Shown: in pieces, positions 1 through 10,703 of the stretch
How positions within the stretch are numbered: the stretch's first letter is position 1
Layout: every line of letters begins with the position of its first letter
Assembly (NCBI GenBank): GCA_963666485.2
Contig: CAXXUO010000001.1
Location: 1,088,001 to 1,152,000, forward strand
Length of the DNA stretch: 64,000 nt
Direction of reading: 5' to 3'
Source: Syntrophorhabdaceae bacterium
Lineage (GTDB): Bacteria > Desulfobacterota > Syntrophorhabdia > Syntrophorhabdales > Syntrophorhabdaceae
Notes under the pieces: generated by a model
Database searches by the model: none
What the model was told of the DNA's origin: nothing
What the model saw: only the letters and a program-made list of their open reading frames with translations
Program-made: the position numbers and the translations under genes

Positions 1-264
1 ACAAAAAAAGCGCATTTTTATTCACGTTCACGGCAGCAACTCTGGCTGAAAGGCGAGAGCTCCGGCCACACGCAGGACGTAAAAGAGATCCGTATCGACT
101 GTGACAATGATACGATCCTCCTTCTCGTCGATCAAAAGGTCGCGGCCTGCCACACCGGCTACTTCAGCTGTTTCTATCGTGCCTGGGCCGACGAATGGAA
201 GATCGTCGGGACGAAGGTCTTCGACGAAAAAGACGTCTATGGTGAAAAGAAGACCGATCGATAA
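1..264 (+). CDS. hisI: Phosphoribosyl-AMP cyclohydrolase, 5'-partial
   Basis: Frame 1 reads ..[39 protein letters not shown], the PRA-CH signature; not in the ORF track because the start lies outside the window. Confidence 0.95.
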   Translation, partial: TKKAHFYSRSRQQLWLKGESSGHTQDVKEIRIDCDNDTILLLVDQKVAACHTGYFSCFYRAWADEWKIVGTKVFDEKDVYGEKKTDR

Positions 265-691
265 TGTCCTGTCAGTTTTCAATACCTGTTTCTGGACAGG
301 GTACATTCCTTTCGCGCCCGGCACATTCGCATCGGTCCTTGCAGCCGTCCTGATCTACCTCGTCCCCGGGGTCTTCACGAGTTTCTATTTTGCCGGCCTC
401 TGCATTATATTCGGTACACTTTCCATCAACGGGGAGAGGTATGAGGGAAAAGACCCCGGGCATATCGTCATCGACGAGTTTGCGGGGATGTGCGTGGCCA
501 TGGCAGGACACAAGGCATCGCTCATGAATGTCATTATCGGTTTCGTCCTCTTCCGCATTTTTGATATCGTGAAGCCGTTCCCGATAAACCGGGTGGAAAG
601 ATTGCCGGGAGCCTGCGGCATCATGGCGGATGATGTCCTGGCAGGAATTTTTTCCAGCATCCTCATCCTCGCCTTCACGAGGTTGATATGA
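239..691 (+). CDS. pgpA: Phosphatidylglycerophosphatase A
   Basis: [41 protein letters not shown] motifs; start moved to ATG 239. Confidence 0.93.
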   Translation: MVKRRPIDNVLSVFNTCFWTGYIPFAPGTFASVLAAVLIYLVPGVFTSFYFAGLCIIFGTLSINGERYEGKDPGHIVIDEFAGMCVAMAGHKASLMNVIIGFVLFRIFDIVKPFPINRVERLPGACGIMADDVLAGIFSSILILAFTRLI

Positions 692-1173
692 AACCGGAGA
701 GGAAGATCTGCAGCGAGATGGCAAAACACGGGCTCAGCCTGTGCACTGCTGAGTCCTGCACGGGCGGGCTCATTGCGGGGCGCATCACGAGCGTATCGGG
801 GGCATCTGCCTGCTTTGAAGGCGGGTTCATCACGTACAGCAACGCGGCAAAAAGCCGCCTCATCGGCGTCCCGGGGGAATTGATCGAGAAGTACGGCGCG
901 GTGAGCGGCGAGACGGCGCGCGCGATGGCCGAGGGGGCCCGCGAAAAGCTGGCTGCGGACATGTCCGTCGCCGTTACCGGTATCGCCGGGCCGACAGGCG
1001 GAACGCCGGACAAGCCCGTCGGCACCGTGTACATAGCAGTCGCCCGGAAGGGGAAGACATCGGTGAGGAAATTCCTGTTTACCGGCACGCGCCACGGGAT
1101 ACGAAAACAGACGGCCGAGGAGGCGCTGAAGTTCGTGCTGGACGAAATGGAAGAGATGCCGGGGCCTTTATGA
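688..1173 (+). CDS. pncC: CinA C-terminal domain protein (NMN deamidase PncC family)
   Basis: AESCTGG, YSNAAK, GAVS, TGIAGPTGG..KPVGTV motifs; conserved position upstream of thpR-recA. Confidence 0.9.
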   Translation: MKPERKICSEMAKHGLSLCTAESCTGGLIAGRITSVSGASACFEGGFITYSNAAKSRLIGVPGELIEKYGAVSGETARAMAEGAREKLAADMSVAVTGIAGPTGGTPDKPVGTVYIAVARKGKTSVRKFLFTGTRHGIRKQTAEEALKFVLDEMEEMPGPL

Positions 1174-1724
1174 GATGCTTTCTCGCCTTTGAGATACCGG
1201 CGGATGTGAAGGCATGCCTGGCCGAGGCGTCCCGGCAGATGGCGAAAAGATTGCCCGGCGTGCGCTGGGTCAAGCCCGAGGGCCAGCACATAACGATCTA
1301 TTTCTTCGGGGAGATACCAGACAGGCAGGTAGAAGAGCTAAAGGACGTTTTGAAAGGCTGCGGCCCCTACGAGCGGGTCATGGCATCGCTCAAGGAGGTC
1401 GACGCATTTCCCGGCAAAAAACGCCCGCGCGTCATTGTCGCGACCCTCGATGAAGGAGTTGACATCATCCGTCCGATATACCATGATATAGTGAACCGTC
1501 TCACAGTCCTGGGTTACGAGGAAGAAAAGAGGGGGTACACCCCCCACATTACCTTTGGCAGGATGAAAATACCGGCACCCATTCTGGAAAGAGACATCGT
1601 TCGCCTGGAATGCCCGCGGTTCGCAATCGATCGCATAGTTCTTTTTAAGAGCATCCTTGGAAGTCAGGGCGCAACATACGAGCCCATCTTCGAGTTAAGT
1701 TTAAAGGCCGGTCCGCACCCGTAA
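1170..1724 (+). CDS. thpR: RNA 2',3'-cyclic phosphodiesterase (2H family)
   Basis: Two HxT motifs (HITI, PHITF); MRCFLA N-terminus. Confidence 0.92.
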   Translation: MRCFLAFEIPADVKACLAEASRQMAKRLPGVRWVKPEGQHITIYFFGEIPDRQVEELKDVLKGCGPYERVMASLKEVDAFPGKKRPRVIVATLDEGVDIIRPIYHDIVNRLTVLGYEEEKRGYTPHITFGRMKIPAPILERDIVRLECPRFAIDRIVLFKSILGSQGATYEPIFELSLKAGPHP

Positions 1725-1769
1725 GACGGGCCGGCAACGCGGAACATCACGATAGAAAAAAGGAGAAAC

Positions 1770-2810
1770 ATGAACCCGAAGACAGTGAAGGGAGGCAGCG
1801 ACTTGAAAGAGGAGAACAATAAAGGCAAGGCTATCGATATGGCAGTGTCCCAGATCGAACGTCTCTTCGGGAAAGGCGCGATCATGAAGCTGGGAGAGAA
1901 GGCCCTCGAGGCCGTCCCCGTCGTTTCAACGGGCTCCATTGCGCTCGACCTCGCGCTCGGCATCGGCGGCCTTCCCCGCGGACGGGTGATCGAGATATTC
2001 GGGCCGGAGGCATCGGGCAAGACGACGCTTGCACTCCAGGTGGTCAGCGAGATACAGAAGACAGGCGGAGTTGCGGCATTTATCGATGCCGAGCACGCAC
2101 TCGACGTCAGCTACGCGCGCAGGATCGGCGTGAATACGGACGACCTCCTTATTTCACAGCCGGACACCGGCGAACAGGCCCTGGAGATCGGGGAGATCCT
2201 GGTGCGCAGCGGCGGGGTCGACGTCGTTGTCGTCGACTCGGTGGCGGCGCTTGTCCCGCGCGCAGAGATAGAGGGTGAAATGGGCGATTCCCACATGGGC
2301 CTCCAGGCGCGCCTCATGTCGCAGGCCTTGCGCAAGCTGACGGCGATCACGAGCAAATCGATGACGACTGTCATATTCATCAACCAGATACGCCAGAAGA
2401 TCGGCATCATGTTCGGAAATCCCGAGACCACGACGGGCGGGAACGCCCTCAAGTTCTATTCCTCCGTGCGCCTCGACATCAGACGCATCGCGGCCATCAA
2501 GGACGGCCAGGAAATTGTCGGGAACCGGACACGGGTCAAGATCGTGAAGAATAAACTGGCACCTCCCTTCAGGGAAGTGGAGTTCGACATCATATTCGGC
2601 GAAGGCATATCCCGCGAAGGCGATGTCATAGACCTCGCCGTAGACATGGGCATCGTCGAGAAAGCGGGCACCTGGTATTCGTATAATGATGCACGGATAG
2701 GCCAGGGAAGGGAAAACGCCAAGGAATACATGAAGACGCATCCCGAGACCATGAAAGAAATAGAGGGCAGGATCAGTGCCGAGGCCGGGATCGGAAAGGG
2801 AGAGAAGTGA
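1770..2810 (+). CDS. recA: Recombinase A (alternative start TTG 1803 after GGAGG)
   Basis: GPEASGKTT Walker [23 protein letters not shown]. Confidence 0.99.
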   Translation: MNPKTVKGGSDLKEENNKGKAIDMAVSQIERLFGKGAIMKLGEKALEAVPVVSTGSIALDLALGIGGLPRGRVIEIFGPEASGKTTLALQVVSEIQKTGGVAAFIDAEHALDVSYARRIGVNTDDLLISQPDTGEQALEIGEILVRSGGVDVVVVDSVAALVPRAEIEGEMGDSHMGLQARLMSQALRKLTAITSKSMTTVIFINQIRQKIGIMFGNPETTTGGNALKFYSSVRLDIRRIAAIKDGQEIVGNRTRVKIVKNKLAPPFREVEFDIIFGEGISREGDVIDLAVDMGIVEKAGTWYSYNDARIGQGRENAKEYMKTHPETMKEIEGRISAEAGIGKGEK

Positions 2811-5434
2811 CATCACGAGAGTTACGACGCAAGTTCCTTGAATATTTTGAACGGAACGGCCATACGATAGTTCCCAGCTCGGGTTTGCTGCCGGAAAAGG
2901 ACCCGACACTTCTTTTTGTCAACGCGGGGATGGTCCAGTTCAAGAACCTTTTCCTCGGCATCGAGAAGAGACAGTACAACAGGGCAACGTCCTGCCAGAA
3001 ATGCGTCCGCGCAGGAGGAAAGCACAACGACCTCGACAATATCGGCAAGACCTTGCGCCATCACACGTTCTTTGAAATGCTGGGAAATTTCTCTTTCGGG
3101 GATTATTTCAAGAAGGACGCGATTGCCTATGCTTGGGAGTTCCTGACGAAAGAGCTGGGCCTCGATCAGTCGAAGATGTGGATAACGGTGTTCGAAGAGG
3201 ACAACGAGGCGGAGGAGCTCTGGAAACAGACCGGCGTCAATCCCGACAGGATCGTCCGGCTCGGTGAGAAGGACAATTTCTGGTCGATGGGCGACGAAGG
3301 CCCCTGCGGACCCTGTTCCGAGATACTGTACGACCTCGGCCCCGACGTCGGGTGCAGGCAGCCTACCTGTGCTGTCGGCTGCGACTGCGACCGTTACCTG
3401 GAGATATGGAACCTCGTTTTCATGGAATTCGACAGGAGCGCCGACGGGTCCATGAAGAAGCTGCCGAGGCCGTCGATCGACACGGGCATGGGGCTCGAGC
3501 GCGTAACCTCGGTCATGCAGGGCAAGATCGGGAACTACGACACGGACCTTTTCGTGCCGATCATCAGGCGGATCGAGGACATAGCAGGCTGCGCGTACGG
3601 GGAGAACGAAAAGAACGATATCGCCATCCGCGTTATCGCGGACCACGCCCGCGGTGCAACGTTCATCATAAACGACGGTATCCTCCCGTCCAAAGAGGGC
3701 AGGGGATACGTCTTGAGGAGGATTATCCGGCGGGCCTTGAGGTACGGGAGAAAACTCGGCATACAGAAAGAGTTCCTCAATGAGCTGACGAAGAACGTTG
3801 TCGATATCATGGAGGACGCATACCCGGACATAAAGAACAATCACGCGTACATCATGCGGGTCATAAAAGGCGAAGAGGAAAGGTTCACCGAGACACTCGG
3901 CATGGGTATGAAACTCTACGAGGAATTTACCCGTGACCTGAAAAGCAAAGGCGATAAGGTCATCCCGGGGGACCTGGTATACAAGCTGTACGATACCTAC
4001 GGGTTCCCGGTCGACATCACGACAGACATGGCCGACGAGGACGGGCTTGCCCTCGACAGGGACGGCTTCGAGAAGGCGCTTGCCGAACAGAAGGAGCGCT
4101 CGAAAACGGGCTCACATATCAAGGGCGAAGAGTGGAACGAAGGGCACCTGGCAATATTGCAGAAGGGATTGTCAAACGTCTTTACCGGGTACGAAACGTT
4201 TGTAGACGAGGGTATCGTCCAGGCGATCCTTGTCGGGAACGACATTGTCGAGCAGATAGGCGAGGACGAGGAAGGCGAGCTTTTTCTCACAAAAACCCCG
4301 TTCTACGCGGAAAGCGGCGGGCAGATCGACGACTCCGGCACGGTTCAGGCGGGCAATGCCATAGCGCGTGTGACGGGCGTCGCCAAGATAAAGGAAGACC
4401 TCTTTGCCCACAGGGTGATCATGGAATCCGGTACGCTGCGCCGCGGCGACACCGTTTCTCTCGCGGTGGATGAAGAAAAAAGGAAGGGGGTGTCGCGGAA
4501 CCATACGGCGACACACCTGCTCCAGTATGCCTTGAGGCAGGTCCTCGGGGACCACGTCAAACAGTCGGGGTCGCTGGTCGAGCCCGGCCGGATGCGCTTC
4601 GACTTCACGCACTTCGAGGCGGTGAAAGAGGAAGAGGTCCGCAGGGTCGAAGATATCGTCAATCAAAAGATAATGGACTGCGTTCCGGTCATCGTCAACG
4701 TCAGGAGCCGGGAGGAAGCGATACGGGAAGGTGCGACGGCGCTGTTCGAGGAGAAATACGGGGAAACGGTCCGCGTCATATCGATCGGCGATTTTTCCCG
4801 GGAGCTGTGCGGCGGTACGCATGTTGCCAATACGGGCCAGATCGGGAGCCTCTACATCCTGAGCGAAAGTTCCCTTGCATCAGGTGTGCGCAGGATCGAG
4901 GCGACGACGGGCATGGGGGCCATTGCCTATAAGCGCAGGGTCGAGGGGACCTTGAGGTCCATCGCCAGGAAGACGAATATCGAGTTTGACCGCGTCGAGT
5001 CACGCGTCGACGCGCTTCTCAACGATCTGGCGTCGAAAGAAAAAGAGCTCATGCATTTCAAGCAGGACGTTGTGGCAGGACGGGTCGACGGGGCTATCGC
5101 CGAGGCGCCCGATATCGGCGGCGTCAAGGTCGTCACCCTCTTTGTGGAGAATGCGAGCGCGGAAGACTTGAGAAAAGTGACAGACGTGGTGCGGTCCCGC
5201 GTCAAGGACTGCATTGTCGTCGTGGGCACCGAAGGTGAGGACGACAAGGGGCTCGTCGTCGCGTCGGTCAGCAAGGACGCGCAGAAGACATACAGTGCCG
5301 GAAAGATCATAAAGAATCTCACGGCGCACTACGGCGGCAAGGGCGGGGGCAATCCCAACACGGCCCAGGGCGGGATATCGGGCGTCAAGGTGAGGGAATC
5401 TCTCAAAAATGTTGTACAATTCATCGGCAATTAG
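2807..5434 (+). CDS. alaS: Alanine--tRNA ligase
   Basis: [26 protein letters not shown], editing NHTATH/ELCGGTH, C-terminal GGKGGG. Confidence 0.99.
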   Translation: MTSRELRRKFLEYFERNGHTIVPSSGLLPEKDPTLLFVNAGMVQFKNLFLGIEKRQYNRATSCQKCVRAGGKHNDLDNIGKTLRHHTFFEMLGNFSFGDYFKKDAIAYAWEFLTKELGLDQSKMWITVFEEDNEAEELWKQTGVNPDRIVRLGEKDNFWSMGDEGPCGPCSEILYDLGPDVGCRQPTCAVGCDCDRYLEIWNLVFMEFDRSADGSMKKLPRPSIDTGMGLERVTSVMQGKIGNYDTDLFVPIIRRIEDIAGCAYGENEKNDIAIRVIADHARGATFIINDGILPSKEGRGYVLRRIIRRALRYGRKLGIQKEFLNELTKNVVDIMEDAYPDIKNNHAYIMRVIKGEEERFTETLGMGMKLYEEFTRDLKSKGDKVIPGDLVYKLYDTYGFPVDITTDMADEDGLALDRDGFEKALAEQKERSKTGSHIKGEEWNEGHLAILQKGLSNVFTGYETFVDEGIVQAILVGNDIVEQIGEDEEGELFLTKTPFYAESGGQIDDSGTVQAGNAIARVTGVAKIKEDLFAHRVIMESGTLRRGDTVSLAVDEEKRKGVSRNHTATHLLQYALRQVLGDHVKQSGSLVEPGRMRFDFTHFEAVKEEEVRRVEDIVNQKIMDCVPVIVNVRSREEAIREGATALFEEKYGETVRVISIGDFSRELCGGTHVANTGQIGSLYILSESSLASGVRRIEATTGMGAIAYKRRVEGTLRSIARKTNIEFDRVESRVDALLNDLASKEKELMHFKQDVVAGRVDGAIAEAPDIGGVKVVTLFVENASAEDLRKVTDVVRSRVKDCIVVVGTEGEDDKGLVVASVSKDAQKTYSAGKIIKNLTAHYGGKGGGNPNTAQGGISGVKVRESLKNVVQFIGN

Positions 5435-5461
5435 TATGATGACCTGAAAAAGGGCGGATAC

Positions 5462-6133
5462 ATGAAAAGATACGCGGACAATCTCCGGAGCGTTCACCTT
5501 TTTTCAAATCTTAAGGACGCCGATCTCGAGACCATCTCCCGCATACTCTACATGAACACGTATCACCGGGGCCAGCTTATCTTCCAGGAAGGCGAGGAAG
5601 GCAACGCCCTCTTCATCGTCCTGGGCGGCAAGGTAAAGATCAGCCTGTATGACGAGGACGGCCGGGAATATGTTCTCGACGTGATCGGCAAGGACGGTTT
5701 CTTCGGCGAACTCGCCCTCATCGACGAGTTGCCGCGTTCGGCAAACGTCATCGCGATGGAGGTCTGCGACCTGCTCATCGTCAGGAGGAATGATTTTATG
5801 AAGCTCCTGATGGAGAACCCTTCCATCTCTATCAACATCCTGAAGGTGATGGCCGGCAGGCTGCGCGCCGCCGATGAAAGAATAAAGTGGCTTGCGTTCC
5901 TGAACGTCGAGGGCCGCGTCCTCAAGTATCTTCTCGATGTCGGGGAGAGGATCGGGATCAAGATGAAGGATTATACGATCATAGAAAAAGGGCCCACCCA
6001 GATAGAAATAGCCAACGCGTGCGGGTGTTCACGGGAGACCGTTTCCCGCATGATGACGTCGCTCGTCAAGAAGGGCATCCTCGGCGTCCGCAGAAAACAG
6101 TACACCCTGTTTCCCGAAACACGGACATTTTAA
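5462..6133 (+). CDS. Crp/Fnr family transcriptional regulator
   Basis: cNMP-binding FFGELAL..PRSA and HTH SRETVSR. Confidence 0.93.
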   Translation: MKRYADNLRSVHLFSNLKDADLETISRILYMNTYHRGQLIFQEGEEGNALFIVLGGKVKISLYDEDGREYVLDVIGKDGFFGELALIDELPRSANVIAMEVCDLLIVRRNDFMKLLMENPSISINILKVMAGRLRAADERIKWLAFLNVEGRVLKYLLDVGERIGIKMKDYTIIEKGPTQIEIANACGCSRETVSRMMTSLVKKGILGVRRKQYTLFPETRTF

Positions 6134-6154
6134 TGAAAGGCTAAAACGGGACGT

Positions 6155-7855
6155 ATGAAGAAGATAGTGCGCATCGGCCTTGCACAGGTAAACGCCACCG
6201 TCGGCGATCTTTCCGGCAACAGCACGAAGGTCCTCGATTGCACCGAAAGGGCGCGGGAGAATGATGTCGACATCATCGCTTTTCCCGAGCTCGTCATTAC
6301 CGGGTACCCGCCTGAAGACCTGCTCCTGAAAAAAAGTTTCATCGATGCCAACATCAAGGCGGTACATGACCTCGCGGCACGGATAGACGGGCCCGCAGCC
6401 ATTGTCGGTTTCGTCGACTCGTCTGCACGCGGCATATACAACGCGGCTGCGGTGATCTATAAGCGCAGGATACGGGGCGTGTACCGCAAAAGGTTCCTGC
6501 CGAACTACGGGGTTTTCGACGAGAAACGGTATTTCATCCCCGGGGACAGGCCCCGCGTTTTCCGGTTCGGGGACGTCGTCTTCGGGGTCGCCATCTGCGA
6601 AGACACCTGGTTCAAGGGCCCGCCGATATCCGAAATGGCCCGGATGGGCGCCGGGCTGATCTTCAATATCAACGCATCGCCCTATCATATGGGGAAGATA
6701 TACGACCGTGAAGACATCGTCCGCAAGCGCGTCCGGGAGAACCACGCATGGATAGCCTATACGAACCTTGTCGGCGGTCAGGATGAAATAGTCTTTGACG
6801 GCCAGAGCTTTGTTATGGACAGATCGGGCAAGATCACTGCCAGTTCCCCGGCATTTGTGGAAGACCTCCTCGTGCACGATATTGAGGAAAGATCGCTCAT
6901 GAAAAGGTCGGGCACGGATAGCGCGCCTGTTACCGTTATTACCGGGATTTCCGCGAAAAAGACGCCAAAAAAACCGGTCGGGCCGCATCCCGTCGTACGG
7001 CTCGATCCTGCCGAAGAGGTATACCGTGCGTTGACGCTCGGGCTTCACGACTACGTCGGCAAGAACGGGTTCAAAGGGACCATCATCGGCCTGTCGGGCG
7101 GAATCGATTCGGCGCTCGTCGCTGCGCTGGCTGCCGACGCGTTGGGCAAGGAAAATGTCACGACCGTTTTTATGCCGTCGAAATATACATCGCGCGAATC
7201 CCGTGAAGACGCGTATGAACTTGCCGGGAATCTCGGGGTGCGGCTGATCGAGATATCGATCGACGTCATCCTCTCAGGTTACCTCGAAAACCTGAAAAAC
7301 CTTTTTGCGGGGATGAAAGAAGATATTACGGAAGAGAACCTGCAGGCGCGCATACGCGGCAATATCCTGATGGCCCTTTCGAACAAGTTCGGGTACCTTG
7401 TCCTGACGACCGGCAACAAGTCGGAAATGAGCGTGGGGTATGCCACTCTTTACGGGGACATGGCAGGAGGGTTTGCCGTGATCAAGGATGTCCCGAAGAC
7501 AATTGTGTACGAGATATGCGCCTGGCGCAACACGCAGGGCAGGGTCATCCCTCAGCGGATCCTCACGAAGGAGCCCACCGCGGAATTGAAGGCTGACCAG
7601 AAGGACAGCGATACGCTTCCGCCGTATGACCACCTCGACCAGATATTGAAGAGCTACGTGGAGGAAGACAAGGAACCGACGACCCGCGACTTCCCCACCA
7701 TGCCCGCTGCGGAGATCGCCCGGGTACTCAGGATGGTCGACTTAAGCGAATACAAGAGGCGCCAGTCGCCTCCCGGGATAAAGATCACCCCGAAGGCGTT
7801 CGGAAAAGACCGGCGCATGCCCATCACCAACAAGTTCAAGCCCTCGCAGGAGTAA
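6155..7855 (+). CDS. nadE: Glutamine-dependent NAD+ synthetase
   Basis: Nitrilase domain (FPEL, ICED) plus SGGIDS, ENLQARIRG, TGNKSE, EYKRRQ. Confidence 0.97.
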   Translation: MKKIVRIGLAQVNATVGDLSGNSTKVLDCTERARENDVDIIAFPELVITGYPPEDLLLKKSFIDANIKAVHDLAARIDGPAAIVGFVDSSARGIYNAAAVIYKRRIRGVYRKRFLPNYGVFDEKRYFIPGDRPRVFRFGDVVFGVAICEDTWFKGPPISEMARMGAGLIFNINASPYHMGKIYDREDIVRKRVRENHAWIAYTNLVGGQDEIVFDGQSFVMDRSGKITASSPAFVEDLLVHDIEERSLMKRSGTDSAPVTVITGISAKKTPKKPVGPHPVVRLDPAEEVYRALTLGLHDYVGKNGFKGTIIGLSGGIDSALVAALAADALGKENVTTVFMPSKYTSRESREDAYELAGNLGVRLIEISIDVILSGYLENLKNLFAGMKEDITEENLQARIRGNILMALSNKFGYLVLTTGNKSEMSVGYATLYGDMAGGFAVIKDVPKTIVYEICAWRNTQGRVIPQRILTKEPTAELKADQKDSDTLPPYDHLDQILKSYVEEDKEPTTRDFPTMPAAEIARVLRMVDLSEYKRRQSPPGIKITPKAFGKDRRMPITNKFKPSQE

Positions 7856-7858
7856 AGG

Positions 7859-7889
7859 CCCCGACAGTTGTGCCGGCGTCGGGGGTTTT
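7859..7889 (+). terminator. Intrinsic terminator after nadE
   Basis: ccccgac...gtcgggg stem followed by TTTT. Confidence 0.65.
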
Positions 7890-8042
7890 ACTATCATCAT
7901 CGGACCTGGAACGTCCAATTGCCCGTATGTCCCCTATATCGCTCGCCCTTATAAATTTTTTCAATTTTTTCCTACCATTTATCTTTGCAGTAGGATATAT
8001 ATGCTTCTAATACATCAATACTAAATAAAGGAGGTGAAAACT

Positions 8043-8306
8043 ATGAAGAAGGCATTGGTATTTTTCTTTGCACTGGTAATCGGTCTTTCCTTAACATTGA
8101 CAGGTTTTGCCGCCGACGAGAAGAAGGGCGCAGCCGCAACCCCGGCGACACCCGCCAGCCCGGCCACACCGCCGGAAAAGGTTGATGCACCGAAGGAAAA
8201 ACCGGTAAAGAAAGAGAAAAAAGCAAAAAAGCCCAAAAAAGCCAAAAAGTCCAAAAAGGCTAAAAAGGCAGCCCCCGCCGAGGAAAAACCGGTAGAGGCA
8301 AAATAA
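8043..8306 (+). CDS. Small secreted Lys/Ala/Pro-rich protein
   Basis: Strong RBS AAGGAGGTG, signal peptide ending GFA-A, KKAKK repeats, own terminator. Confidence 0.85.
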   Translation: MKKALVFFFALVIGLSLTLTGFAADEKKGAAATPATPASPATPPEKVDAPKEKPVKKEKKAKKPKKAKKSKKAKKAAPAEEKPVEAK

Positions 8307-8326
8307 GCGATTGACGTGAAAACCGT

Positions 8327-8368
8327 AAACAATGAAGGGGAGAATTCTTTCTTCCCTTCATTGTTTTT
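8327..8368 (+). terminator. Intrinsic terminator
   Basis: aaacaatgaaggg...cccttcattgttt stem with T tail. Confidence 0.8.
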
Positions 8369-8527
8369 GTATGCCCGGATATCCCCGAAATGCGCATTAA
8401 TGACCAATGCATTATCTTCCGCACCGTAACCTGCGAAAAATTGTCCGCACCGGGTTAGAGGAAATACCTAAAACCTGCTGATCCAAGTTTTCAGGACGGT
8501 AGAATTCTGTGATATACTACACGACCA

Positions 8528-9076
8528 ATGAGAATGATCATTATCGATATCGACAACACCCTGTGGGATTTTGCACCTGTTCTTTACGAAAGGCTCAACC
8601 ATACACACCCGGGTTTTCCCGATCCATCGCAGTGGCACTCGTGGAGCTTCTGGAAAGGGCTCATTTCCCCCGAAAAGCTCTATCGCGCCATCCGGGATGT
8701 CCACATGGAGCAGGACAATTTCCCGCCATACAACGATGCCCGCATTTTTCTGGAAAGGCTCAGGAAGAGGGGATACTATATCGTCATCGCGAGCCACCGG
8801 GAGAGCGAAACGCTTCCCTCAACGCGCAGGTGGCTCGAGAAGAACGACCTTCCCTTCGATGAGATACATCTGAGCTACGACAAGTCCGTTCTCTTCGACC
8901 GGTGCTGGGCGATCATCGATGACAGCCCGGTGACCCTCGACAAGGCCCGTTCTGCAGGCATCGTCCGCGCCGGCCTCAAGAACCCGTGGAACGAGCACGA
9001 GGACCACCCTCTCTTCGAGAACCTGGAAGAAATTTACAACTATCTGCGAAACGAATGTGGGTCGGCGAAAGGCTAA
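8528..9076 (+). CDS. HAD-superfamily hydrolase, 5'(3')-deoxyribonucleotidase-like
   Basis: IDIDNTL motif I, IIDDSP motif IV, PWN. Confidence 0.85.
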   Translation: MRMIIIDIDNTLWDFAPVLYERLNHTHPGFPDPSQWHSWSFWKGLISPEKLYRAIRDVHMEQDNFPPYNDARIFLERLRKRGYYIVIASHRESETLPSTRRWLEKNDLPFDEIHLSYDKSVLFDRCWAIIDDSPVTLDKARSAGIVRAGLKNPWNEHEDHPLFENLEEIYNYLRNECGSAKG

Positions 9077-9079
9077 AGG

Positions 9080-9496
9080 TTATTCGCCGATTATTTTGAC
9101 GAGGACGCGTTTTCTGCGGCGGCCGTCGAATTCACCGTAGAAGATCTGCTCCCATGGGCCGAAATCGAGGCGGCCATCCGTGATCGCGACGACGACCTCG
9201 CGGCCCATGACCGATCGTTTCAGGTGGCCGTCGGCGTTGTCTTCACCGACGTTGTGCCGGTAACCGGACACGGGTTCATGGGGCGCCAGTTTTTCAAGCC
9301 AGACCTTGAAGTCGTGGTGAAGGCCGCTCTCATCATCGTTGATAAAGACGGATGCGGTTATGTGCATGGCGTTGACGAGAACGAGGCCCTCCGTAATTCG
9401 ACTTTCCTTCAGACACTCCTCCACCTCGCCGGTGATGTTGACGAAACCGACCCTTTCAGGGAGATGGAACCAGAGCTCTTTTCTGTATGTTCTCAC
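9080..9496 (-). CDS. yjbQ: YjbQ/UPF0047 family protein
   Basis: [31 protein letters not shown]. Confidence 0.92.
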   Translation of the reverse strand: MRTYRKELWFHLPERVGFVNITGEVEECLKESRITEGLVLVNAMHITASVFINDDESGLHHDFKVWLEKLAPHEPVSGYRHNVGEDNADGHLKRSVMGREVVVAITDGRLDFGPWEQIFYGEFDGRRRKRVLVKIIGE

Positions 9497-9507
9497 GATG
9501 CCTATCC

Positions 9508-10110
9508 TTATCTTTCGTGTCCCTTGTCGAGGATTGCCGAGAGCTCTGCGAGAAATGTTTGAAACATCTCCTCGCCTTTATTCCCCATCTCCGCGTCATA
9601 ACTGTAACGGAGCTTTACCCAGTTGTTCTTATACTGGGTCAGATATAATTTCGAGTTCATATCCCTTCCCTGCATGCGGAAGGTGAACAACGCCACGAGC
9701 GCCTTCCGGCCCGGTTTTCCCGGCATTGTCGTTACCTCACCGCCGGGCAGTCTCTTGACATTCTGTATGGCCCCCATTTTCTCCGCCTGGTATATATCGC
9801 CGATCGCCCGGTCAAGATGCTCTTTAAAAACAGGAGAGGAAACATCCGTGGGAATCTCTTTCATGCCGAGGTTATAGATGAATACCATCATGGAAGCGCC
9901 GGGGGCATTATATGCCACGCCCACACCAAGCTCGGGACTGTCAAAGACGGTCACCTTTGATTTGGACATACCCGCCATCGCGTCCGGGAAAACGAGGCCC
10001 GTAGCGGGGTTCTTATAGGTTTCCGCGGCGGTTATTGATGCCGCGAGGAAAAAGACCAGGGAAAAGAACGAGAGACAAAAGACGGACCGGCCGAAACGCT
10101 GCATTGTCAC
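9508..10110 (-). CDS. Secreted hypothetical protein
   Basis: RBS CAGGAG, N-terminal signal peptide, protein-like composition. Confidence 0.75.
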   Translation of the reverse strand: MTMQRFGRSVFCLSFFSLVFFLAASITAAETYKNPATGLVFPDAMAGMSKSKVTVFDSPELGVGVAYNAPGASMMVFIYNLGMKEIPTDVSSPVFKEHLDRAIGDIYQAEKMGAIQNVKRLPGGEVTTMPGKPGRKALVALFTFRMQGRDMNSKLYLTQYKNNWVKLRYSYDAEMGNKGEEMFQTFLAELSAILDKGHER

Positions 10111-10167
10111 CTCCTGAATGTACTATGCATTACCATCGCGGGGAAAGTTAGGCAAGGAAAATGTTTG

Positions 10168-10223
10168 AACGGCTGACGGCTGACGGCTGACGGCTAACGG
10201 CTAACGGCTAAAGGCTAAAGGCT
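10168..10223. repeat. Heptamer tandem repeat, 8 x RAMGGCT
   Basis: aacggct gacggct gacggct gacggct aacggct aacggct aaaggct aaaggct. Confidence 0.92.
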
Positions 10224-10243
10224 TCTTCTGCTGGGTTGCCTTT

Positions 10244-10574
10244 CTGCCCTAGTCAACATTTGCGTTGACAACCAGTCTCCCGGTTAAGCTCGTTATACTG
10301 TAAAGGCAAAGGGGGACGTCCTTAAGAAAGTAAGTAACTTAAAATCACCCGGTCCGGGGATAATAACGACAGGGCGGTCCGTTTAGTTGTTTGAGGAGTT
10401 TCTTACTTTCTTAAGGACGTCCCTCACATTTTTCCGGAAGGTTTGACAATGAATGAGTGGCAGTTGATATCCCTCTGCGATTGGAGTGTCTTACACTGAA
10501 ACAATCTTAACCGGAAGACCGTGACTCTTCATTTATGAGTCTGTAGTTGTCAACGCTTATCCTGACCAGTGCAG
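10244..10574. mobile_element. MITE-like non-autonomous element (331 bp) with nested inverted repeats
   Basis: 29-bp imperfect TIRs (23/29; 10244-10272 and 10546-10574), flanking CCTTT direct repeat, internal perfect 22-bp IR (10313-10334 / 10402-10423); no transposase ORF. Confidence 0.7.
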
Positions 10575-10614
10575 CCTTTCAGGTTTTTTGTCGATCAGCC
10601 GTCCTTGTCTTTTA

Positions 10615-10646
10615 ACGCCTTACGCCTTACGCCCTCACGCCTTACG
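10615..10646. repeat. Heptamer tandem repeat (ACGCCTT)n
   Basis: acgcctt acgcctt acgccctc acgcctt acg. Confidence 0.8.
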
Positions 10647-10649
10647 AAC

Positions 10650-10685
10650 AAAAAAGCCCCCGCTGCCTTTCGGCAAACGGAGGCT
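10650..10685 (-). terminator. Intrinsic terminator after carB
   Basis: agcccccg..cggaggct stem with A6 on plus strand (U-tract on minus). Confidence 0.65.
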
Positions 10686-10703
10686 CATATTTCCGCTTGG
10701 AAG

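Noticed and set aside
101..238. N-terminal extension of pgpA
   Set aside because: Overlaps hisI in another frame; the real start is ATG 239
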